A stretch of 64,000 nt of DNA. Origin: Euryarchaeota archaeon UBA552 (lineage in GTDB: Archaea > Thermoplasmatota > Poseidoniia > Poseidoniales > Thalassarchaeaceae). Shown here piece after piece: positions 1 to 10,400 of this stretch. Position 1 is the first letter of the stretch, and each line of letters starts with the position of its first letter. The notes beneath the pieces are model-generated. The model searched no databases and had not been told where the DNA came from. It saw only the letters and a program-made list of their open reading frames with translations. The stretch spans positions 15,195-79,194 of the forward strand of contig DAMH01000011.1 in the NCBI GenBank assembly GCA_002499585.1. The letters run 5' to 3'. The position numbers and the translations under genes are program-made.

Positions 1-99
1 TCAGAGAGTCACTACTCGCAATGGGGAGCCGTCGGGGCATGCCTCTGCGAGGAAATGGGGGCAGATTAATGGTTGCGCGGAGCCATGTGGCGCATTACG

Positions 100-879
100 A
101 TGGTTGAAATTGTAAATCCACACCCGAAAGGTATGCACGGTGCGGTTCTTGTGACTGGCGGCGCAAAGAGAATTGGCCGACACATATGCCTCGCCCTGGC
201 TGAATCCGGTTATCCTGTAGCGGTTCATTACCGCCACTCAAACAACGAAGCAGACCAACTCGCTCAGGAAATCATTCAGAAAGGGGGCATCGCGTGCAGC
301 ATCCAAGGCGACCTCAGCAAGTCTGGTGAGGCGGGCAGCATTCTCGAATCCGCTTCCCAATCAATCGGTTCACCCATTATGGGCCTAGTGAACAATGCCT
401 CACACTATGAGCTAGATAGACTGGAGGACATCAATGAAGGGTCGTGGAAAGCCCATATGGATGCAAACGTCCTAGCTCCCCTGTTACTGATCAAATCGCT
501 CAAAAAGTCCGGAGGCCAATGGGTTACAAACATCCTAGACTACAAGATATCCTCGCCGAACGCCGACTTCCTCTCCTACACGATTTCTAAATTCGCTTTG
601 ATGGGCGTTACTGAGGTCATGGCTCGCGAACTCGCACCAGATATCAGAGTCAATGCAGTGGCGCCTGGACACACAATGGACAGCGCTCACCTTGGAAAAT
701 CCGACCTCGACCGGGTCAAATCAAATGCCCCACTGGGCATTGGCCCCTCCCCAGATGACGTTGCCAGCGCGGTTTCCTATCTGGCATCAGCAAAAACCGT
801 TACAGGTCAGACAATATATGTTGACGCTGGTGAAAGGTTTAGAATGACATCACGGGACCCTGCATTTGAGGGGATGTGA
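100..879 (+). CDS. SDR oxidoreductase, pteridine reductase/FolM-like
   Basis: VLVTGGAKRIG (Arg-containing motif of PTR1/FolM type), LVNNAS, YxxxK (YTISK), RVNAVAPG, TGQTIYVDAG; abuts a FolB-like gene. Start is ATG 100 or 133. Confidence 0.8.
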   Translation: MVEIVNPHPKGMHGAVLVTGGAKRIGRHICLALAESGYPVAVHYRHSNNEADQLAQEIIQKGGIACSIQGDLSKSGEAGSILESASQSIGSPIMGLVNNASHYELDRLEDINEGSWKAHMDANVLAPLLLIKSLKKSGGQWVTNILDYKISSPNADFLSYTISKFALMGVTEVMARELAPDIRVNAVAPGHTMDSAHLGKSDLDRVKSNAPLGIGPSPDDVASAVSYLASAKTVTGQTIYVDAGERFRMTSRDPAFEGM

Positions 880-1287
880 ATGACAGGAATATCTCCAATG
901 CTGCAGGCAGCTATGATGCTAGGGCTCAGAGAGTGGGGCACCATTAGATTGGAGGCCCTTGTTCGGCAGGTCGACATTGGCGTCCACGATCACGAAAAGG
1001 GAAAAACCCAACCATTAAGATTCGATATTGAGGTTTTGGTTGAATCCAATGATGCTGAGGATTCAATTGATGATGTGCTCGACTATGAATATCTTGAGCA
1101 CTCTGTGGACTCAGCCTTGGCGTTTTCCCGTGCCGAATTACAAGAAACCATCGCTCGGAGAATTCTGGATTCCGTCATGACCCCAAAGTCGGCTCTAGCT
1201 GCCAGAGTTTCCCTTACCAAATTAGATGTTATGGGCTTCGACAGCCAATTAGGATGCACCCTTGTAAGAATGCCCAAATCAGAGTAA
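880..1287 (+). CDS. folB: Dihydroneopterin aldolase, bacterial FolB type
   Basis: IGVHDHEK..QPLRFDIEV, LDY, LQET and TK motifs match FolB; ATG directly follows the SDR stop. Confidence 0.75.
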   Translation: MTGISPMLQAAMMLGLREWGTIRLEALVRQVDIGVHDHEKGKTQPLRFDIEVLVESNDAEDSIDDVLDYEYLEHSVDSALAFSRAELQETIARRILDSVMTPKSALAARVSLTKLDVMGFDSQLGCTLVRMPKSE

Positions 1288-1312
1288 ATTTTCAGCCGAT
1301 TCGGTCTTGAAC

Positions 1313-1397
1313 TGGTGCAGGGGGTGGGATTTGAACCCACGAAGGCCTTGCCACCGGAGCTTAAGTCCGGCCCCTTTGACCACTCGGGTACCCCTGC
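1313..1397 (-). tRNA. tRNA-Leu(TAA)
   Basis: Minus strand GCAGGGG...CCCCTGC-A-CCA; anticodon arm CCGGA-CTTAAGC-TCCGG; long variable arm; GTTCAAATC T-loop; 85 nt. Confidence 0.95.
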
Positions 1398-1509
1398 ACA
1401 CTGAGCGAGGAGGGTATCGGACTTGAATCAACCCTTGAACCTCGTCAACACGCACAGTATAGGTCCGCGTTGTGAGAATCCTTTAACCTCAGACTAATCA
1501 CCAAGGCAC

Positions 1510-4386
1510 ATGGACGGTGTAACCAAGGTACATGGAGCCACAAGGCTTCAGGTCACTGCCATCGTAATGGTGTTCATATTCCAACTTGGTGCAGCCCCTG
1601 TTACATACCTATCGAATGAGGCGCCCGAGGTGATGGAGTCAACCCCCTCCAACCAGATTGAAACCTACTCTCTGTACCTCTCCACCGGGAACAACCTGTC
1701 AACCGTTCTTCCTGATGAGGGCGGGCAGTTGGAATCCTCAGCACTTGACACCACAGTTGAGTTCACAACGGGAGACTTGATGCAGTCGCTGGTCGTGGTG
1801 GGAAACAAAAGACAGAATTCGGATGGCTCCAGCCAATACTACGTACCCCTCAACATTTTCCTCAAAGCCGAGGGGCCCCAGAACTCAATCGTAACTTGGA
1901 CATTTAGCATAAAATCAGGAGGTTCCACTGTTGCCACAGGAGAACTCGAGAATGAAGCATGCTCGGGCTTTGGAGGGTGTGATTATGAACACGAGGCCAT
2001 TGATATCTACATCTCAGGTCAAACCAGCACAAATTCATTTTCAGTATCAGAGTCCGACGAATTGGTACTTGCAATCAGGGCTGAGATGAGCGGATGCGGT
2101 GACGGGGGCTTCTTCAACGACTGTGAAGCAAATGTGGCCTTCAATCAAATCAGTGGAGACAGTAGGTCCTCTCTTATCGACATAAGCACAAATGCTGTCT
2201 CGGACACTGTCTTCTTCGTCCAACGCCCAGGAGATGAATTCATCGATGGCGCAGTCACGGATTGGTACCCAAACGACGTGATTACGGACCGAGAGATGCA
2301 GTTTAGTTTTGACGTGAAGAGTGCATTTGGTAGGAAGGATATCGAATCGGTGGAGCTGCGACTCCGCAACACTGAGAGAAACCAAATCATACTACAACGG
2401 GATCTAAATCCCGAATCCCAAGATATCGAGTGGACTACTGAGGGCATGTTTGGGCGTGTCAAGTGGACCTATCAAAGTGGCTTGGAGTCAGGGGCTTACG
2501 AGGCCGAGCTTAGGGTTTCAGACGTCCAATCAAACACCTTTACCATCACACATGAGACCCTGACAATGAATGAATTCGGAGTATCCTTGAAACACTCTGA
2601 AGACAGGTCAGTGGAGTATATCGCTCCTGGGGCCATTACCCCAGTTCCGCTCCAATTGATACACAGAGGCGATGCTACGCTGTCGATGAATGTGGAGTTG
2701 CAACTTCTGACCACACTGGGCTCAGACTGGTTAGTGGAGTTCGACAGCCCCGGGGGCTATACCATGAATTCCGGAGGGACCATTCTAAGTCCCATCATGA
2801 CCATAACGGCGCCACTCGATCTCAGTTTCGTCCCTCCAAAGATAAGAATCCGAGCGATTGGGGATGCGGAGGTGGGCGGATCTTTCGAGAGTGTTTCAGA
2901 CACACTCGTGCTGGACATCGAGAAGTTGCAGGTATATCAGCCGCCCTCCGTGGCCCTCTGGGACTACGAAAAAGAGACCCTCATTGCAAATTCTTCGATC
3001 CCGCAAATAGACTCCGGAGTACCGAGGTACGTTGAGAACGGGGAATTTAACCCATTTTTAATGGAGGTTTTCAACTCAGGATTCACCTCGGATTCTTTCC
3101 GGATCGATGTGTTGGAAAGGTCAAAAGCCATCATTCAGCTCTTCGATAATGACACAGGCCAAAGAATACTCGAAGATGACGACGACGGGACATTCCACAC
3201 GAAAGCCCTGGATCGTCACAACACACAATCAATAAGACTCTCAATCAAACCGTCAGGGGACAGATCAGATCCTGATATCGGCCTTATCCGACTGGAGGTG
3301 GCTAGCCTGAACAACAGCTCATTGAAAACAATCGTGGAGTTTACGATCCAAAGGACCTTTGGAATCAGGGCTGAAGTCTCTCAAGATTGTGATGGAGTTC
3401 CCTTGGGCTTCATTGAAACCGGCGACTGTACCTCCAATTCGATGAGGATTAGAATAACCAACAGCCTCTCAGGGGAATCGGGCCAGGCAACATCATGGCT
3501 CATAATTAATCCAGCATCGTTATCTGAGAACACGGATCGAAATCAGGCCTACGGTATCTGGACATACAACATAATTGACAGCGCTGGAGCCAATGCCCCC
3601 AAAGTTACACTGGGGCCGGATGATTTCATTGAGATCTTCATGACCATAGAGATGACCTCACAGGTGGTGCAAGGCAATCACACTGTGTACCTCAGAGTCA
3701 AGGAGGACGTCACGTCCGGAGAAGACGAAGCACGCTACTTCGATCTGGCAATAACACTCAACGTAAAGGCCGACGACCCACAGCTTGAACTCGTGCAAGT
3801 TACGTCCAACAGAGGCATCGCCCCAGGTGACGAATACGCTTACCAGATAAAAGTCAAGAACAAGGGGAATAGCCCACAAACTGTTCTTCTTTCTGCGAAC
3901 GTGGATGAGCAGGGGTGGAGTGTGGAAGTTGAGGGGCCATCCGGCTCCCCTCTTGTAGAAATTGCCCCCTTTGAGGAGTTAACCTTCAGAATCAGGGTCA
4001 CCTCGCCATCTGACGCCAACAATGGCGACAGAGTACCCGTTAGGGTTGAGGCAAGTCCGTTCGCAACCGACAAGGCATGGCCCGAGGAGTACACTGCTAA
4101 GTTGACTCTGACGATGGTCGTTGACATTTCGTCGGTAATAGACCTCCTGATGAACGAGGTCATGCATCCCCGTGGGTCGACCATCGTAGTTCTTGGGATA
4201 GCCCTGCTCCTACTCTTCGCTGGATTCCAGTCCAGAAACAGCAGGAGAAGAGTAGCAGCCCAAATGGCTCTTTTGGATGCATTGTCTAACGAGATGAATG
4301 TCCAGCCCGTGGTCGAGGAAGAAATCGGTGAAATACATGATGAAAGCCCTGATTATGATATCGATGACGACATCGAGTTAGTTTGA
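1510..4386 (+). CDS. Large acidic cell-surface protein (signal peptide, Ig-like/NEW3-like repeats, C-terminal TM anchor)
   Basis: 958-aa ORF; hydrophobic N-terminus, beta-rich NxG repeats (NSGF, NKGN), TM IVVLGIALLLLFAGF then RNSRRR and acidic tail. Confidence 0.8.
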   Translation: MDGVTKVHGATRLQVTAIVMVFIFQLGAAPVTYLSNEAPEVMESTPSNQIETYSLYLSTGNNLSTVLPDEGGQLESSALDTTVEFTTGDLMQSLVVVGNKRQNSDGSSQYYVPLNIFLKAEGPQNSIVTWTFSIKSGGSTVATGELENEACSGFGGCDYEHEAIDIYISGQTSTNSFSVSESDELVLAIRAEMSGCGDGGFFNDCEANVAFNQISGDSRSSLIDISTNAVSDTVFFVQRPGDEFIDGAVTDWYPNDVITDREMQFSFDVKSAFGRKDIESVELRLRNTERNQIILQRDLNPESQDIEWTTEGMFGRVKWTYQSGLESGAYEAELRVSDVQSNTFTITHETLTMNEFGVSLKHSEDRSVEYIAPGAITPVPLQLIHRGDATLSMNVELQLLTTLGSDWLVEFDSPGGYTMNSGGTILSPIMTITAPLDLSFVPPKIRIRAIGDAEVGGSFESVSDTLVLDIEKLQVYQPPSVALWDYEKETLIANSSIPQIDSGVPRYVENGEFNPFLMEVFNSGFTSDSFRIDVLERSKAIIQLFDNDTGQRILEDDDDGTFHTKALDRHNTQSIRLSIKPSGDRSDPDIGLIRLEVASLNNSSLKTIVEFTIQRTFGIRAEVSQDCDGVPLGFIETGDCTSNSMRIRITNSLSGESGQATSWLIINPASLSENTDRNQAYGIWTYNIIDSAGANAPKVTLGPDDFIEIFMTIEMTSQVVQGNHTVYLRVKEDVTSGEDEARYFDLAITLNVKADDPQLELVQVTSNRGIAPGDEYAYQIKVKNKGNSPQTVLLSANVDEQGWSVEVEGPSGSPLVEIAPFEELTFRIRVTSPSDANNGDRVPVRVEASPFATDKAWPEEYTAKLTLTMVVDISSVIDLLMNEVMHPRGSTIVVLGIALLLLFAGFQSRNSRRRVAAQMALLDALSNEMNVQPVVEEEIGEIHDESPDYDIDDDIELV

Positions 4387-4444
4387 CCAGGGTCCGAACA
4401 ATGCTCCATTCCTCTTAAGTGCCCAACTAATTGGGGAACTAACA

Positions 4445-7400
4445 ATGCAATCAGTCCAGGGCATCGCCGATAAGCGATCCGCAGTTCTACTGGTCGCATT
4501 GATGTTGATGTCATCGCTGGCCATTCTCCATATCGGAACGATGAGGGCCGCAGCATCTCTGGATGCCGATGGCGACGGGCTGGCCTATGGATTGGAGTTT
4601 TACATCAACACCCAGCCACAAGACTGGGACAGCGATGATGATGGCCTACCTGATGGTTGGGAGTGGAAATACGGGCTGGACCCGCTTTCTCCTAACGACC
4701 TGAATGGCTCAACCGGGGATCCAGATGGAGATCTCCTTACTAACCTCAACGAGTATCTATGGGGGATCCCTGCTGGTTGGGACGACGTATCGACCCCAAC
4801 CGTGCTCGACAACGGCGTCTGGTGGAACGGAACCGTTCCTGTCAGCGATTGGGACGAAGAATCCGCAATGCAGATAATACAGGGAAATGGTACCGATGGT
4901 GCCGATGAAGATCCTGCTGGGAATATATGTACGAACGGCTTTGATGACGACTACGATGGTTTAGTTGACTCCGCAGATCCTGATTTCGACGGCGACGCTG
5001 ATTGCGCATCCAATGATGACGATGGTGATGGTTTAATCGATGAGGATGTGGATGGCTGGGACACAGACGGCGACGGTATGGACGACGGCTGGGAAATCGC
5101 ATTTGGTCTGGACCCCACTGACGGTACTGGGCAAGACGGAGCCTACGGGGACCCCGATAATGACGGGTTGCTCAATCTATGGGAATACGTGAACCCCGCG
5201 TGGACCACAAGGGACGGCTCTACATTCCCGCCAACTCAGTATTTCCAGCCCGGGCCCGACATCGGTACGCAAACAGAAACCCCTTGCGACCCCGTTTTGT
5301 CCCTGGGGCCAGGGGGATGCGCCTTCCTTACCGCTGAAGTCGACTCGATAACCTTCACCGATCCATTTTCCAATGACACCGATGGCGACGGTCTCAATGA
5401 CTCGCGAGAAGCGCTGGTCCTCCTAACAGACCCTACATCAGTCGACACAGATAGGGATGGGATACCAGATGGTATCGAAGTTAACGGCAGCTACGGGAGC
5501 CCACCGCTTGCTTCCGACCCTAGGAACAACAATACAGATGGGGACCCGTTTGACGATGGTGTCGAAGACCTAAATTTCGATGGGGATGTGGACCCCGGTG
5601 AGACGGACCCAACAAGGATTGAGGATGATGGCGACGAGGATGAGGACGGGATTCCAAATTACATTGAAAACATAACATGCACCAAGTGGGATGTCCCCGA
5701 CACAGACTTCGGAGGGATAGACGACGGAACGGAAGGAGACATCCATGGTACAGATCCATGCAAGAGTGACACCATAGTAAACAGAACAATCACAGACTTC
5801 GACCTAGCCTTGCTCCAGATTACTCTGAATTCAACGGACGGAATTCCATCAGGTCCGAATTGGAGGAACCCAGAACAAATGTTGGGCATATATGTGACCT
5901 CCGATGGCTCAAGAACCCCTTTCCGTTGGCTCAGGATCGACAATCTATCAATCGATCAGATAGAACCCCCGCCCCCAAACAACACTGTCTGGGTGAATGT
6001 CCTCAACGGCTCTTGGTGTTGGAACAATACCGCGGGGGCGATCAACGACCCATGGTGTGATGACGACTATGCCGACACAGACGGTGATGGACTGGCAGAT
6101 TGGGAGGAGACACTTTCGACATACGGCTACTTCTCAAACCCGCTTGCAATCGATACAGATTCAGACGGCGTCGACGACTGGACTGAGGTATGGCTGGACG
6201 GAACAGACCCCGGTGAGCCCTGTTCGAACAGGCTAGACACTGATTCTGATGGACTCAACGACTATTTCGAAAATACAACAGGTTGCGATTTAACTTTCGC
6301 AAGTAACCTTTTGACCAACGGATCCACAGACGGTTGGGTCACACTGTGGAATGTCTCAGACACCGACCAGGGAGGGGTAGGTGACCTTGGTGAATATCTT
6401 GATGGGACCAACCCCCAAAACAACCCCTCAGATGACATGAATCCGTTGGACACAGATGGGGATGGCGTCCCTGACTTGAACGAGGAACAAGATGGCACGG
6501 ATCCGCTGGATCCAGATTCAGATGGCGACGGCATTCCTGATGGAGAAGAGGCTGCCCTCGGCCTCGACCCGTTGAACTACTCTTCGGCCTTTGATCCGGA
6601 TCAGATCATTGTCACGGGATTCAACGAGGGTGGGACCGCCAACATATCTGCGCCCCAATACTACAGGTGGTACACCTTCGACGAGTATCTGAACGGTTCA
6701 TGGGGGCTGAATCAATCTTCGTATGGATTGACGCAGATCCTCCTGGAGGAGGAAATATCATTGGGAACAGCCGATGTTTCTGTTTGGGGTGGCAACACCC
6801 ACTCATGGCAGATTAATTACTACGTCCCAGGTTTCGCTCAACCAGGAAAACATCTCGTTCTTCCACACAACACACTCAGCTTCAGCAGCCTCGTTCAACC
6901 AGATGCCTCTCTAAATTTGACGAACAGCACTCGGGATGTGATAGTCGATAACAACATGATCGAATCGCTGTTGATAGAGGCTCCAGATTACAATGTCTCT
7001 GCGGTCCAAAAACAGGAGTCATTACCAAAATCTTCGTCTGCGTACGGGCTCTACTACCCCCTGACAAATGAAACGAACAGAACCGCATCAATTTCCAGCG
7101 AGGTTATCTCTCAGGCCGGCGCCTTTTCCGCCTGGGAGAAAATTGAGGCGATCTCAAACTTCCTCACAAACGGCAATGCCACTGTGCAATTTCAATGGTC
7201 AGCATCAGGATCTGGATTCAAACAGCAAACAGGATCAGAAAATGGGCCAACTGACATCTCGACGTGGATCCTAGACTCTGCAAGGATAGGATCATGCGAC
7301 GAGTACGCTAGCACATTCGCTCTAATGCTCCGCACCGTAGGCATTCCAGCAAGGAAGGTCACCGGGTTTGCGGGAGGGGTCCAAGATCTAGATAGCAATT

Positions 7401-10400
7401 CCGTCTCCTTCTATGGTCGACACTTGACCTCCTGGGTCGAGGCTAACCTACAAACCAACGAAAACCTGGGGGGGATTGACCTGGGATGGCAGCCTTTCCA
7501 GGCATGCCCGCCGCCGCCTCCATTATCGCTAATCGAAGTGGTCAGAACAACTGGAGAACATGACCGCGATGGGTCCGACCAACTCTTCTTTGAGGCCAGA
7601 CTGGTTTACACTGAAAACGGAACACCTGTAAGCGACTCTCCGGTAAACGGCCATCTGATACCACAGTCCATTGCGACTGAAAACTCCTTTTACACGGCGC
7701 TTTCGAGTTTCGGCACGACTCAGACGAACGAAACCGGGTGGTTCAGAATCAACTCCAATGTGACCACGATGAGTTACCCTCGCCCGGGACTTGCAGTGTT
7801 CGTCATCGAAGTTCTGGGCGTAAACTCTGCTCCATACTCCTTGTTCACAAGTACAGGCGGAATCGCACAAAGCCCCAGTTTCATGTGGGGTCTGAACTTG
7901 TCGGATGACCCTTCGATTTCCTTCTTGAGCCCCCTGCCGACTTCCTTGCCTCCTGTGGGAGCAGGCGTCACAACCGATCTTGAGGGGCGGTTCATGTGGG
8001 AGAACCTCGACCTATCGGACCCCAGTGACCTGGATGACGAAATTACAGGCGCCTCGGCCTTCACTTTGTCCCTCGAATACACCACTGTGTCTCAAGGGAC
8101 GGTCAATCTGACAGCAAATGTGACCGATCTAGGCTTCTTTCAGTTTCCAGTCACTGTTGATGAGAATGAACCGCTTGGCCCTCTAAACGCTAGGGTTTGG
8201 TTCTCAGGGTGGCGCGAGGACGGGCAAGACCTATCCTCAACACCTCCCCATTTAAGGCCAAAAGGCATGAATTTCCAAATGAATGTCACACTTGCACCCG
8301 ATCTGGCGATCACAATGGAGGGCGGCTATCAGAACGCCAGCCTGCTGGGTATCAATGAGAACGTATCAATCAACGGTTCCGCCCTCAGCAGAGGTGGCAC
8401 CCCCGAACCAATGAACGGCACCCTGTTCATGGACATCCGTTCGGCTGCCTCGACAGGTGACTTCACGTCAATCACCTCTTGGTATCTAAACGACTCTGCA
8501 TGGGCCTCACAGGCCGGATTTTTCCAAATCACATGGAATTTCTCCGAAAACAGGGTGCCCATTCCATCGGGCTTGGTCGATGTCAGGTTTAGATACCTCG
8601 CTGATGGTTTGTCTGCCTCCGATTTCGAGATATTCGACAACGAATATGGGATATACGGGTACCTGAACTTCGACTACGCTCTCGAACCTTCCCTGAGAGG
8701 TGTTGAGACCACACTGCAGGTATCGGTAACTGACCATACAAATACCCCTCTTCAGCCATACTCGGGTGCCTTTACGTTGGACTATGATGGTGCACAGTTA
8801 TGGTCGCAGAACGGGTCGCAGACTTCAACGCTTGATGTGACATGGACTCCCGGATCAGGCGTTAGCGTCCCACCGGGCGACTACACTTGGGTGCTGAACT
8901 ACTCCGGATCGCAATATCTCAAACCCAGCTCGGTAGTTGATCTGCACCGTCTGCAGGCAGAGGCACAGGCCACATGGTCTCTGGATCGTGATTGGTTTCA
9001 TCGAAACACCACCGGCTGGGTCAATGGAACACTGGTAGACTCGATACTAGGCACCCCTGTTTTGGGTAACAACACCTCTGTGAGGGTCGACATCTCTGTG
9101 CCAGACACATCCGATTCAGCGGACCAGAGCCAGGGAACAGTGCAGGTACCTTTCACACAAGGTTGGTTGGACACCGCCAGTGGGAACTTCTCAATCCAGT
9201 TCACAACCCCTCTGAACCTCCGGTCTTCTGTCTATGAGTTACAGATAAACTTCGATTTCCTTCAAGGCCTTGAGGATGAGGGCGGCGCATACTATGTCAT
9301 GCCATTCGACGGGTCGCTCTTTTCCTCAATAGGTATAGAGACTGAGTTTGTAATCACCCCTGTGAGCGCCCAGGTAGAGGTAATTGCAGGTGAGGATTTC
9401 GAAGTTGCCGGCCTTGTGACTGATGTCTCGGATAATAGTCCAATTGCCGACGTCGAGGTTTCACTTTGGCTCGATCTCTCTGGTTTGAACGAGACAATCC
9501 TCGGTTTCGGAAATTCCTCATCGGACGGGACAGTGACCTTCAACACAACAATGCCGTCTACAATACCGCCGGGCAACATACAACTTACCATGATCATACA
9601 GGATGACCTGTCAGACAGCCTTGATCAGGAAGACCCCTCAAGAAGAACTGGAAATGATTCCCAGATGGATGCTATCGTGATAGTCCCGAGTGGGATTGCG
9701 ATCGATTCATCCCCCCCTTCTGTCGTGGCCGGTCAGAGCTTCACGGTCACTGGAAGGGTATTGGACGCTGTGGACAACAACAGAACTGTCGATGGCCCGA
9801 TGGCCCTTCAGGTCCGCTTCCTCAACGACGAAAGTGAAATTCTGGTCCAGAGTGTTTTATCCGCAGACAATGGCTCATTTTCTCTGGTCGTGCCAACAGA
9901 TCCACAAATGGATGGCGTGTCCAGCGGAAACAAGACATTGGTCATATCAATCATAAACGGCTCCACGCCATTCTACCTGACATCATCAGCCACGACGGAC
10001 ATCCTCGTAGTCGGAGTCACAGACTTCGTACAAACCCAACCCTCTACCTCAACCACTGTCGATCGGGGGGAATCCGTTTCATTCTCAGCTGTTTTGGTCG
10101 AGTCCTCAAATAGCGACGCGCCCATAGTCGGTGCAGAAGTCGCTGTCCGATTCCACCATACCTGGATCACACCCGAGATTACTTCGAACAACGGCTCAGT
10201 CATATTCCAATTTGGGGTGCCAAATGACCACCCTCTGGGACTCATCGAGATAAAATTCCAATTCAACGGCTCCACCGTCCTGTTAGCGTCAAACTCCTCG
10301 ATATTCAGGCTAACAGTCAGGTCTGACACACAATTGGTCATAGACCCCATCTCAGCCAATCCGACAGCAGGTGGATCCTTCGAGATATCAGGCACCTTGT

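Noticed and set aside
1-237. 78-aa minus-strand ORF at the window edge
   Set aside because: Overlaps the SDR gene and has no motif; a gene starting near position 40 and leaving the window cannot be judged.
4560-6600. Recurrent GAYGGNGAYGG-type DNA repeats as a CRISPR or tandem array
   Set aside because: Explained by DxDxDG codons; synonymous positions vary and spacing is irregular.
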